Of a DNA stretch of 64,000 nt, positions 28,901-43,228 are shown in pieces; position 1 is the first letter of the stretch; each line of letters begins with the position of its first letter. Origin of the DNA: Octopus vulgaris (Eukaryota); the NCBI GenBank assembly GCA_951406725.2, contig OX597842.1, forward strand, positions 28,458,001 to 28,522,000. The letters run 5' to 3'. Both the position numbers and the translations under genes were made by a program. Below the pieces are notes generated by a model. That model was not told the DNA's origin. It made no database searches and was given only the letters and a program-made list of their open reading frames with translations.

Positions 28901-30039
28901 CCCCAATGGATTTGGATTATCCAAATCTGTTTCTTTAATCTTTGTTTTCTTGTTTCGAGTCATTCATGTCATAATCCCACCATGGGTCGTCATGCTTCAC
29001 CCCTCTCTCTCTCTCTCTCTCACTCTAATGACACTGTAATCTAACTTCATTAATTAATCATCATAATTATTGTTGTTGTTGTTGTTACCTGACTGGATTC
29101 TTTACTTCATCTCATCCTTCGTTACCTCAACGTTACAGGTTCAAATCCTCTCCCTTCTTCCTTTCATTCCATGTAAAACACCTCACCCCCCTCTCTTGAA
29201 ATTTTCCTCTTTCCTCTGGCCCTGGGCTAAATGCAGAATCATCCCCTTACTTTGATCCGTTTGTGTTCCAAGTTCAACTGCTGGGCTCAAAATCTGTACC
29301 AGTAATATCCAGGGGTTCATTTAATAAATTGTCCCCCCTCTTTACTCCTGTTCTTGTGTCTGATTACTGTTGGAAAATATTCAGATAAAATTTACAAGTG
29401 TTGATATCTGGACGGTTTCCTAGTCTTCTGATTGTTTACGGAATATGTGGTGTAATTTTTAATTATGTATCTTATGCAAATAACCTACATCTTCTTTACA
29501 CTGGTTATGGTAAATCTGGGTTTTGAGTTTATACCCTTCTTATAAATTTTATCTCAATATTTTCCAACCTTTGCCTTTTATTAACCCTTACCTTTTTCTA
29601 CCCTTTTAGGCCCCTCTTTTTTTGTATATTACGAATTACCCTTCCAACCCCTTTCGTTGTATTAACAATTAATATTATCTTAATTTTAATGATTCTTAAT
29701 ACTATTTTAGTTAACAGTATGTATGTGTATGTATATATATACATATATGTGTGGGTGGTTGTTTTCAGGTATATGTATTTGTTTATATATGTATATATAT
29801 TTGTAAAAAAGAGGTTTGAAAACGCTACTATATTCGATAAATTTTAATTTTCTTATGAATTTTACATGTTTCGGTTCCTTTACTTATTGTATCTATTACT
29901 CATTGATGTGCATTGTTTTGTTCTGTACTATTATGTTTGACCTTGATGTTCATATGTAGTTGGTTAATAAATTATGTGATTGGGTATTATCTGGTAGTTG
30001 ATTATTGATTAAGGTGTATTTCTCCATTTTCTTATTTTG

Positions 30040-30074
<35 letters not shown>

Positions 30075-30089
30075 GTATGTATTTGTGTA

Positions 30090-30142
<53 letters not shown>

Positions 30143-30157
30143 GTATATGTATGTATG

Positions 30158-30206
<49 letters not shown>

Positions 30207-30867
30207 GTGTGTATATATATATATATGTATGTATGTATGTGTATATATATATATGTATGTATGTATGTGTGTATATATATATATGTATGTATGTATGTGT
30301 GTATATATATATATATGTATGTATGTATGTGTGTATATATATATATATATGTATGTATGTATGTGTGTATATATATATATATATGTATGTATGTATGTGT
30401 GTATATATATGTATGTATGTATGTGTGTATATATATATATATATGTATGTATGTATGTGTGTATATATATATATATGTATGTATGTATGTGTGTATATAT
30501 ATATATATGTATGTATGTATGTGTGTATATATATATATGTATGTATGTGTGTGTATATATATATGTATGTATGTATGTATGTGTGTATATATATATGTAT
30601 GTATGTATGTGTGTGTATATATATATATGTATGTATGTGTGTATATATATGTATGTATGTGTGTATATATATATGTATGTATGTGTGTATATATGTATGT
30701 ATGTGTGTATATATATATATGTATGTATGTGTGTATATATATGTATGTATGTGTGTATATATATGTATGTATGTGTGTATATATATATATATGTATGTAT
30801 GTGTGTATGTATATATATATATATATGTATGTATGTGTGTATATATATATATGTATGTATGTGTGTG

Positions 30868-30930
<63 letters not shown>

Positions 30931-33900
30931 ATATATATATATATATATGTATGTGTGTATATATATATATGTATGTATGTGTATATATATATATATGTAT
31001 GTATGTGTATATATATGTATGTATGTGTGTGTATACATATATATATATACATATACATACATACACACATGTATAATATGTATATGTGTGTAAGTAATTA
31101 TTGATGTAATTAGGTTGTAATGACCCAATTACATTTGTTTTAATTAATCTGATTATAATTATTTTTTTCCTTTCCTCTTTCTATAACTTTCAGGCAACAC
31201 CATGATGTGGTGGCTTCAATGCTGGCCCAGGTTAGTTAACAAATACATAATTATATCCTGTCTTTAATATTCAATATTAATATCATCAAAATACCAGTGA
31301 AATTCTGCTGGGTGGGTTTAATCAACTTCACTGCAGCAGCCTTTAAACGGCAGGTCTTGGGTCTGTGAAGAATAATTATATTGGTGATAACAATGATGAC
31401 AGTAGTAGTGGTGTTGACAGTCCAACTGACCACCACTGCTGACAGTACTATCTTCAATGGTCAGACAAAACAAGGTCGTTATGAATTCAACCCATATATA
31501 TCAGATTATATATACTATCATCATCATCATCATCATCATCATCTTTTAATATCGCTCTGTCATGTTGTATGTGTGTGTGATATGTTATATATGTACATTG
31601 TTGGTGTCGGCATTTTATCTTGTGTCCAATAATTTATTTGGCTTCTTTTGGCTACTTTTTCCCCTCTGTACTGTATAAATGTCATGTATGTATATATATT
31701 ATATATATCATATCAAATATCTATGTATGTATATATATATATGTATGTATATGTTTATGTACACACAGAGTTATTCGTACCAGACACATTGCATGCTGAG
31801 ATTATGCAGCAGAGAAAAGTTAAAAGTCCTTGTCCCCAGCAACAAAGCTAAATGAGGGTACGCTGCACTCAGTCCCTATTGCTTCGTTAATCCATTACCA
31901 TCAATACATGATGAATCAACTTCCCTTGTCCTCTCCCTACCTAATTCAACGGATTAACTACCCTTACTGTATTTGTCTACCTACCTTATTTACCTGTATT
32001 TGTATTAACATTGCATTGCATGAATGCCAGGATGCGGCACCCTCCACTGCTGGTGGTGACAATACCTGATTAACTCCTATTTACAGGTGTCCATAAACAA
32101 CCTTTTCAGATGCTGATAGCTGCAGTCAATGTAGGCACAGCAACAATCATCTCGTCCTATGCGCTCCTCCCCACACACACACAGACAACTGGGTCTGCCA
32201 AATGAACTGAAGGGCTACTTCTATGACACTCTTCTGCTGGCCACTTCAAAGATAAATGACTGTGACCTTATCTTCGTGGCCAGTGATTTCAATGGATATG
32301 TTGGGCAGCACCGAGGTATCTTCCATGGGGGACGCAGATTTGGTTCCTGAAATGAGGGGAGTGCAAGGCTACTGGAGTTCTGTGGTGCAAATGACCAAAT
32401 AATCGCAACACTTGCTTCAGAAAGCTGGCCAGCCACTTGATAACCTATAAATCCAAGGTACACGCTCACCAAACTGACTACATTCTCACCCAAAAGCAGG
32501 ATTCATGTCTGCTCATAAATGCAAAGGCCTTCAATAGAGAAGAATGTAGCCCACAGCATAGGTTACTCATTAGGGAGTTCAAGCTACTGGCTTGAAGGAT
32601 TCCAAGAAGCAAGCCAGTTTGGAAAGAAGAGTATGGAAGCTGAAGGAACCTTCAATTAGTCAGAAGTTTAGTGATGTCCTAAATGAAGCATATAATGGGA
32701 AGGAGGAGGAATTTCAGACTTGCAGCATTGAGGATAAGTGGAAGTTCCAATGGGACAACTTGCTGAGAGTTTCAGACCAAATTTGTGGCTGGTGCAATGT
32801 CCCAGCCAGGCATAGGGTGATGTGGTGGTGGAAAAGGGTAATTGACAGGGACAAGGATGGGAAGGGTAGTGGCAGCTGGGAGTTGTATCTGGCAGTTAGA
32901 AAGGAAGCTAGGAAGCAGGTATACTCAGCCATGAGTGAAGCAGAAAGGAAGAAGTTTGCCAATGTCTTGCAATGTGAGGAGCAGAGATTTGAAGTGTTTT
33001 GGCTTGCCAAGGAAAATTGTGATGTTGTGGGAGAGAAGTGTGTTCACATGGATGATGGCTCCGTTGCAGTTAGTGACTCTGCAAAGAAATAGGCTTGGAA
33101 GTGCCACTATGAAAGGCTCCTAAATGTAGAGAACGCGTGAGAGAAGGAGAGGCTGTCTAAAGTGGATCCAAGAGATCTGTTTGTTTTTTTAGTTGTTCGA
33201 AGAAAAGTTCATTTCTATGTTTTCATTTCTCATTGTGTTCGTTTTTTTATGTCTTGTACCCATATATGCATGTATATATATATATATATGTAGGTATGTA
33301 CATATATTTATGTAAATATGCATATATTTATATATTATATATATATATATATATATATTTTCAGTGGCAATTTTGATTGTTATATGAATGTGTGTGTGTG
33401 TGTATATATATGTGTGTGTGTGTGTGCATGTTACATCCATAACGTTAATATATTTATACATCTATATGTACAGTGATGTAAGGATGTGGACACTAACCAA
33501 CTCCCCCGTTTTATGGATCCCTTATTAACATAGCAACATGAAAGGCTTACATTAAGTATATAATTCGTCTTTACTAGACTTGATCTGCTAATTATATTTT
33601 CACTCTTGTTCTAGTCCCCTAAAACATACTATATAGTGAGGGATAAATGAAGATGAGGCTGAAACAATCTGTTTATGACATCTTAATAGATTTATCATGT
33701 CCCTAACAAATATCCATAGCGTGTTATAGAGGGACCTTACAGAAGGTTGACTACACTAACAAACATCAAATGTACATGATCAGGTTGATCAAGTACCCAG
33801 TAGAAGACAGCAATGTCACATCCACCCTAATTTTCATGTACATTTTCAATTTCTATTTTTACTTCCACAAAGGATTCAGTGAAACTGGATATTGCGAACA

Positions 33901-36900
33901 ATGATAAAAGAACACCCTTACTGGAAGCCGTGTCTGCAGCCCACATCGGAATAGTCCACAAACTAATCACGTGCGGTGCAAATATGAATGCCATCGACAA
34001 GGATGGCAATAATTGTTTGCATATTGCAGCAGAGAAAGAGGAATTTTGTTCTGAGAAGGAACATATTACCATTTTAGATGAGGTAAGTTTTTAAATTGAT
34101 TGTGAATGTGTGTGTGTGGTTGGCATTAGATAGGGCATCCAACCACAGAAACCATGCCAAAACTGGCAATTGGACCCTGAGCTGCTCTGCAGTTGGCCAG
34201 CCCTTGCTGAACCATTGAACCCACACCAGCATGGAAAATGGACATTAAATGATGATGAGGAGGATGAGTAGAAGTGTGAGCTTGTGTGTGTGTGTGTAAG
34301 ATAAAGAGAGAGAAATAGAGAAACGGGCAGACATTGCTTGCCATGTCTATTCACTCCCATCCACCTCTCTTCCATTAGTATTAAGTAATCCAGTCAATCC
34401 AGATAACCCTAGTTATATTATGTAACTAACTATATTCCATCTCCTTTCACCCTCGAAGGCATGCTCTCTCCCCTGTAAAGGAGGTAACCCATCTTGTTGG
34501 CTATATAAACACAGCCATCACAGTGTGAAGGAAAGGTGACCAATGACAAAGAGGAGACATTCCCAAATAACAATGAAACAGGGAGGAGGAGAGGTCTGTG
34601 GGACATGATAGACGATAACCTTTATAATGCTGGTGCCATGATAAATGCATCCAGACCATTCTGGGAAGAATTCTTCCCGAAACGACTCTTTATCACACAT
34701 CTTGCACACAATGTGTATCCACTGGTTTCCTGTAGACATGTCATCACAATGTTGAATGTTAGAACACTAGAGAACGGATACAATGAACGAAGGTCCTTGG
34801 TGTGTTTTCCTGTATGTAGGTTGTGTATGTTCAACTACATATTTATCTGTCTCTCTCTCTCTCTCGCTCTCTTTCTATATATATATATATATATATTTAT
34901 ATATAAACAAATGCATCAACATGTATCCATCGGGAGATCTGATGGTATATATTGTCTACTGTTTCATAATTCAATCGACTCTTTGATTCCCGTATAAATA
35001 AAGGTCACTACTGATGTGTGACTCTATTTCAGACATTTGATGATCATATGTAAATTGTAGTAATGTCTACTTTGGTGAGAAGAAGCCACTCTTGCAGTCA
35101 GCTACCCACCCAACTGGAATTGTCTAACAGTTTGAGCAGTTTATTAACTATAATGTGTTGGTGTGCTGCCTCAACTGTGACACTAATTCTTACTTCCTTT
35201 ACTTCACCTTCATTATCCAAAGAAGTTTCTTTATTAATTATGGAAACGTTGTTATTTTTGGATATGTCTGTGTGGTGTTGCTTTTGTTGTTGTGTCTGTT
35301 CTAAGTATTCTCAGTTCTCATGTAACTTGTTTGCTGTCATGTTGTTGTGTTATATTTATATATACAATACTCCTCCATATTTCTTGTGTGATGGCCATTT
35401 ATGGATTCACCAAGCTAGTTGAATAGATAGTTTGGTGTGTTCTAATATTTGTGATGTTTGTTCCATTATATTCCATATATTTGACTTGATGCTATGATTT
35501 GGTTTTAAATTGTTTTTTATTGAATATCTTGTGATATTTGTGATTGGCAAATGATTATTTACGCATTAATTACCAATAAACTTGATGTTAATCAGTAATG
35601 TTTGTTCTGTTTAATATAATGACCATATATATAAAATATGTCATAATGTTGAGAATAGACTAAAAACAAATGAAAATGGGAAATGGATTCAATTAGAGAT
35701 GATGTCGGAACTTAATATTGTGCAATCAGTTTAAGCGCTGGAGATACAAACTATTTGTATACGTAGTTGAACTGTTGTGTAATTTGGGTATCTACGAAGT
35801 ATATTTGTGAAATATTGTAATCATCATTTTATACTTTGTCATTTGTAGTGCTGTGCTAAGCTTGGGTTGCCGATCGAAAAGAGGCTCTCTGGTGTAGCAG
35901 TCGCTGGCTATCTAGCCCACCAGGGGGCCAACTTGTACAGGAAAAATAATGAGAATGTATCTCCATTGGACCTCATTGAGGATGCAGATTTGAAAGAAAA
36001 ATTTAAAGAATTATTCCTGCCACAAACAGTAAGTATTCATTGGCAGTGACAGTTTATTTTCTATTTTGTATATAATCATGTTTATGTTTGTTTAATTTTA
36101 ATTCTACCAATACATTATACTGCCATAGTGTCTTGATCAAAGGCCACACAACAATAGTATGAAGAACAATAAACAAAATGCAGTTGTTATGTGATCCAAT
36201 GAAGAGCACTGTTTGGGTTGGTAGTTGTACCTCACTGTCTACCACCACCCATCTACCTTTCTTAGTTCCCTATTTTAAAGATTTGTGACCAATAAGAAAA
36301 TGTAGAACTAAACAGTGAAGTGAATGAACAGATTTTGAAGTTGTTACATAAAAACAAATGGAATTTATCTGTCTACCAACATGTTCTCTCTCTTCTCTGT
36401 TCCAATCAGTTCATTATTATGAAAGGTTTCGTAAGAAAATAAACTACACACCCAAACAGTGTGTGTATATATATCATCAACATCATTATCATCATTGCTT
36501 AACGTCCGTTTCCATCCTGGCATGAGTTGGATGGTTTGAAAGGGAGCCCGCCAGAAGTCTACACCAAACTTCTGTCTGTTTTGGCATGCCCAGCAGAGTG
36601 GACTGAGTAACACCAGCGCAGGCAAGGCCAGTTTTGGAATGGTTTTTACAGCTGGATGTCCTTCCAAATGCCAGCCACTTTACAGTGTGGACTGGATGCT
36701 TTTTATGTGGCACCAGCACTGGCAGGGTCACCAAGTGTATATACACACACACAGACACACACACATATTTCTGTTAATATTGCTAGAACACTGACACACA
36801 TCTTCACAGAATAAAATTGCCAGGAAACATAAATCGTTCTGGTAACACCTATACCATTCTTAGTCTTTTAGGCTTCTTGGTCACATTAGACTCCTGTATT

Positions 36901-39900
36901 TCATAAGTTTTAGCTGTTACTTTGCCATATATTTGTTAGCTGCTGATGAACAAGACACATTATTCTCTGTGAGAATATGCATAACTTTCTTTGTCTGTTG
37001 AAATTCAGATATTGTCTTTAGATGTTGATTTCTGAACTGTATAAATATAGCTCTGTTTTATCCGATAGACAAGCATTGGTTGGACTTATTTATTAGCAAA
37101 TAATCTTTTATGCAAGTATTGTAATGACATAATGTATACAGAGCTGAGGTGTACTACAACTTACTGGGAAAGGGTAAAAGAGGGGATGGAAAGCAGTGCT
37201 TAGTCAAGTAAAGAAAGACCGTTATGAAAGCTAGGAGTACATGCACGATACATAGAATAAAACACAAAAAACAGAAAGGCTAACAGTAAAAGAGGCATAA
37301 AAAGGTACATCAGGAGTGTAGTGGTCTATGTAGCTAAATAGTTGAATGATCTCCCTTGCAAGAAAGCCTATAGAGTAACCTCCCTTCACTAAGTTTCTCG
37401 CAGCATCTGTGTCATAAGATGTGATTCTTAATTATTCAAGTATCTTAGCGTTTCTCTTGGAAGTTTCTAGAATATCTAGCATTCCATTCATAAAAACAGC
37501 TTGCTAACCCTGCTCTTTGCTTCTTAGTCGATTAGACTTAGAGCCATTCACGTCATTGCTATGTCCGTCTGTTTCTCTACGCCACATGGCTGAAAACCAC
37601 CACTTGGCTATTATTTCTATATTTCCTATCTCTGAACTTTCTTGTATAGATTATTTCATTCAACTAGATGCTACATATTAATTCTGTGTATCGTCATCGA
37701 CCAGTAAATAAAATATATTTTTCCGTAGTAAATATATAGGTCTTGAATTTATTCTTCATCTCTTTATGAACTCTTGTAAATAACATACACGCAGCCACAT
37801 CAACACCTTGTACTGGCTATATATCCTCGGTAAGAAAAGAATATTTTGAAGGATGCCGTATCCTGACAGCTAACAGCTGACTCAGGTGGTTTGTTGTGTG
37901 CTTAAATAATTCTGAGTGAGATAAAGTATTTCGTAAAGTCATGGGTGCTGCACTGTTTTTTATTTTAATTTTATAAGAATGTCTGCTGCTGGCTGAGATT
38001 TTGAATTCAAAAATGTTGCCAAAGTTGTTGTTGGCAAGATTATGTATAAACCTAAGGGATTATACCAGATTAGCTGCTAGACTTCAAAACTTTAGTGTGC
38101 TGATACCCAGAGAAACAATACATTCAGTATATGGTGACTAACAGAGAGTATTTGCCTGGTTTGGAGATCAGATTGAAGCAAAGGTATATAGCATCTAATA
38201 AGATGTCAATACCCAGAGAAGCAATATATTCAAGATATGGTAACTAAGAGAGAGCATTTGCCTTGTTGTTCTTCTCTGAATAGATATTCTGGACAGGATG
38301 GGGATTCCAGATTGGAAATGTAAACTGTAAGTGTAGACGTATGATAGCCAGGCATAATTTTAAACTGATAACTTGACAAATTGACGGGCAGAGGTTTTAC
38401 TGAGCAATACTTTGATATTTCTGATGATTTTTAGAAATGTGGTTCATGCATTACACATCGTTGTTGACATTAATGTCACAGTCAAGTTCACCTGCAGACT
38501 TTTGAAGTTTGCTGTTCTGGAGAGAGTTGGTAAATTTTGGAATTTTCATTCCAAAGTGTATAGTGGTGCACCATTCTATGGCCAGCTTGAGTTTGCAATC
38601 AGCAGTGCATTGCTGCATTGTATCCAGGTCAGATTGAAGAAAGGATCTATAGCAGATAGTTGGCATGTATTTAGCTGATACATAGAAGGAGCAAGAGAAA
38701 ACCAAGAGTAGTTCCTTGTAGGTCTTCTGTGTTAGGTGCAGAATGTTAGCTTAGTGTTGTGACTCTGTCTTTTCAACTGAGAATGTAAGTATTTTAAGCA
38801 GTTATATAATTTAGTCCTCGCACCCATTCCAGACAGTTGTGCCGTAATTGATCACTGTGGCATGGAATTAAAGACTTTGGTGAAGTTGATAGAGATAATA
38901 TCCACCCATGAACCACCATCTGTGAAGAAATTCAATGCAGCAACAGTTAGGGATAAATCGAAATGGTTGGAGTTTGAATAAGCTTATGAGGGTTCCAGAT
39001 GTTCCAAAATGTCTTCCTGTAGATCCATTAATTCTGTGAGACTGACTGGATGGTAATCAACAGGGGATGTCTGGTCACTCCCTTTTTGAACGGGGGAGGA
39101 TAATGGCAACTTTCCATTAAACTGGGCTAAGTGTGAATTAGAAGAGGACAAAAAGCTGGTGCAGTAGAAAAAGGGTGCACCCTTTGAGAAGCAGATGAAT
39201 AACACCACCAAGACAAGAGGAAGCATAATTGCACATATGCTTCAATTAGCATTGCGATATTGCAGAATTCAACAGGTTTTATGGAATTTGATCTCAGTAG
39301 CAGTGAAAACGGTACATTTGTCACTCCTTTAATATGGCAGGGTACCATGTTGCACCTTCTTCTTTTATCCCCTGTTCTTTTATCACGTCCAGCATCTCAT
39401 CGATATTTCCTGGCAGTCTCTCACATATTCAGGCTTCTAAAACGTTTCTATGGCACCGACACTTATTCATGAATTAAGGATGGATGTGCTGAAGGTTAGT
39501 CTTGACATCTCCAGAATTGTAAAGTCGAAGCCAGTCAGGGAACTATACCTCAGTACAGTCGGAGTTCCAGGAAAACGAAGCAGTTTGGTAGTTATGGTGG
39601 CTTTTCTTTCTATCCATTAGAAATACTTTTGCAAGATTGGAGTATGATCAGAGTCACCTAAGGGTTCATCACTATTGAGGCTGATAATTTCAGGAGCAGT
39701 GGTAAATAGCAGATCGAAAGTGTTGTTACCTTTATGGGAGAGAGGACTACTTGGGATTAGTTTGAATCTAACATTAAATGAAGGAAATCGGTTGCATTTT
39801 GTGGCCAGTGAAAGATTTCCTAATCAATATTGGGTAATTGAAATCACAAGTATGAGAACATAGGTGACCATTTTCATAGATGCAGCTCTAAAAAGTTTCG

Positions 39901-42900
39901 AGGATGGTAAATGTTGATGTGCTTTTATGTCGCAGAAAAATTCCTCTTGTGACTGGTTTAAATCTTCACAAGCAATTTCTGAAAAGCTTGAGCAAGCATA
40001 GACCATCGCACCACCTCCAAGGTAATGAAAGAGGTCTTTGTGAAAGAAAATGTAGCCAGCCATGCTAAAAACACCATTGCACAGTAAAGAATGTGTCCAG
40101 GTTTAACAAATGAGATTGGAATCAGTACTTTTAACTTAGGAATCAAAAATAGTGAACTTTATTGCATAAACTGTGGGTATTTTTAAACAATAATTTGTAT
40201 CTCGATTTAAATCTGTCATGGTTCATGGAAGAGGATATCCTCAGACCAGTTTGCATCCCTTTTTCATCTGGTATTGAGTCATGATTTAAGGGACCTACAA
40301 TATGTAACTTCAGGTGTGTATCAGGTGGTGAATGACGAAGAGCTCAATTTATCACACCTGTCCTTATAAGAAGCTAAACAGTATGCACATAGCTCAGTAG
40401 AAGGTGAATCTAACTCGTTTGGGTTTTGATCCAATCAACTGAGGCAAATAAAATTGTTTTGGAGGAACACATCTGAAGTTGATAAGATGTAGATCAATGA
40501 ACATGGACTCACCTATAACAAGGGGCAGGTTTGTATGCAGGGCAAACCTAGACTGAAGTGTTTTGCTAAAGAACTTTACACATTGCCTTGTCCAGGAATT
40601 GAAACCGCAATTTTACTCTATGAGTCCAAAAGCCTAACAATTTAGCCATGCACCTCACTCTGGTCAGTCTGGTGTTTCATAATATTCTGTACTGTAAACA
40701 TAAAACAAACATGTAATATTTGTTAGAAATGAATGTTATAGGTGGGATGTGTTTTATGTTTTTTCCACAGATGTATGCTTTGTGAAGTGAATGAAGCCAG
40801 CATGGAGTTACAACCCTGTGCACATACTGTTTTATGTGAAGATTGTAGCAAAATTCAACTTAAAAGATGCCCCAAGTGTAAAACATGTATAGAAAGCAAA
40901 AGGAGAGTTGGTAAGAATATGATTTGATGATCTGTCTGTTTGTCACATGACATTAGGGAATGGAATAATGTTGTATCGACCCAGATCTGTCATAATCTGA
41001 CAGACGTATGATAAAAGATGTCCCAGGTGTCTTTTCTCTTTGATAGTATATCCATGACTACACCCACTGAATATTGTCTTTATCCAAGTAGGAAACCTGT
41101 CCCACATCAAAAGAGTACTGTCTGCAACATAAGACTAATACGTTTTACTGAAATATAAATGAAATATCAATAAATCTCCAAGGTCCCATCAGTAAACATC
41201 AACTTTTTATATTCAGTTGTCAGCTTTTATATGAGGTTAATGATTTATAAGTATCTTGGGAAACTGATAATTAAGGACAACAGTACTTCCTACAACATCA
41301 CAGTCAGCTTTGTAATGTAAGAATTTCAATGACAAAATCTCAACTGAGAGTTTAAGGATCTGACTCTTAGCGAGTCTTATATATTCTTGAGAATGAATTC
41401 TAGTGTCCCATTTCAGATATAACTCCTTTGCAATAATGTGTAGATAAACAGTTTTAAGTTAAGGAGGTTTTATACAAATGTAATGTTTCAGGATACCTGT
41501 TATCACTTTCTGCTCCACCTGTGTAGAACCAATCATTGCTCACCTGGAAAAAGAAAAAGCTGCTTATTAAGGAGGATGAATGACATTGAAATATCTTCAG
41601 ATCTTTCCTGAATCAGGTGGTATTCTGGTGAAGTGTGATGTGGGCAGTTAAAATTAAAGATTACCAACAGTAACATATAAAAATGAGGCTGGGGTATGTT
41701 TATCCTTCCTGAAGCAATGTGTCATGCCTTTGTGGCCAGATCTTTGAAGACCAGTTTGGTTGACACTGGAATTTAGCAGAAGATGAGAAGAATATTGGTT
41801 AGTGAAGGTTCGAGATGAGAGGACAATGGCATGTCATATGACCAGCACAGACATAACAAAGGAAAGACAAAACTAAGAGAAAAAGAGTGTTATGAAGTGA
41901 TAACTAAGTGAGAGAATTTCAGAATTGTTAGATTAGTATATAGGATGTCTTAATAGAAAGATGAGATTTAGAAAGGTTTGCCTATTTTGTTGTGGTTCTA
42001 AATATTGAACTATTATATAGTAACAGCTTAGAAAGTGTTGACCGAAAGCATAGTGGTCACCAATTGACTATTGATGATATGAATGCCTTACAAAAATGGA
42101 ATATAGATTATTAAAAGAGACAAAGAAATTTTACTATGAAGTATAAAACTTTGAAATGCTTATTTCAGTGTGTCCAAAGTCTGAAGAAAAAGCAGTCAAG
42201 ATGGTTGCAGAATCTGTTGGTGAGTATAAAATAACTGTAATTGATTTCTATAAATTTTACCTTCACCTGAGATATATTATTTGTGTGAATGACTGAGAAC
42301 AGGTTCCATTCTTAATTTCCAATTCTTATTTCAGAATGTCCAAAGTGTAAAGGAAAAGTAAAATCTTTTGGTGAGTATAAAATAACTGTAATTGATTTCT
42401 ATAAATTTTACCTTCACCTGAGATATATTATTTGTGTGAATGACTGAGAACAGGTTCCATTCTTAATTTCCAATTCTTATTTCAGAATGTCCAAAGTGTA
42501 AAGGAAAAGTAAAATCTTTTGGTGAGTATAAAATAACTGTAATAAATTTCTATAAATTTTATCTTCACCTGAAATATATTATTTGTGTGAATGACTGCGA
42601 ACAGGTTCCATTCTTAATTTCCAATTCTTATTTCAGTGTGTCCAAAGTCTGAAGAAAAAGCAGTCCAGACGGTTGCAGAATCTGTTGGTGAGTATAAAAT
42701 ATCTGTAATTGATTTCTATAAATTTTACCTTCACCTGAGATATATTATTTGTGTGAATGACTGAGAACAGGTTCTATTCTTAATTTCCAATTCTTATTTC
42801 AGTGTGTCCAAAGTCTGAAGAAAAAGCAGTCCAGACGGTTGCAGAATCTGTTGGTGAGTATAAAATAACTGTAATAAATTTCTATAAATTTTATCTTCAC

Positions 42901-43190
42901 CTGAAATATATTATTTGTGTGAATGACTGAGAACAGGTTCCATTGTTACATTTCTTTCGAATGGTTAGCGATAAAAGTAATTCTATTCGTTACCTACAAA
43001 TGCAAGAATATCCAATAAAGGGGTTTTATAGAAATATGGAAACATGAGACACAGGAAAAATGTCTTTCACGATGAGGCCAAAATACAAAAGATAAAATAT
43101 AAACCCTGAAGCTGTTCTCTCCCCATAATGAGATGCATTCACTTTTCTTTCATCTCATTGTTGTCTCTCTCTCCTTCCCTGTTTCTTCCT

Positions 43191-43228
<38 letters not shown>

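Larger units (their letters stand above)
21700..29730 (+). repeat. Intragenic duplication: ~21700-24605 and ~27130-29730 (MITE + two exons + introns)
   Basis: Colinear; introns ~98-99% identical by eye. Confidence 0.96.

Noticed and set aside
29950-31128. Six 335-392-aa ORFs, plus similar YI/HT/CV-rich ORFs at 261-1972, 24599-26757, 58134-58760 and 62550-62948
   Set aside because: Translations of simple repeats and the minisatellite, with no coding signal.
34536-34997. 153-aa ORF in intron 8
   Set aside because: No recognisable motif; runs into microsatellite; no splice sites fitting the gene.
42169-42950. Array considered as a CRISPR-like or plain minisatellite
   Set aside because: The constant parts are GT-AG introns and the variable parts are in-frame exons; reported as micro-exons instead.
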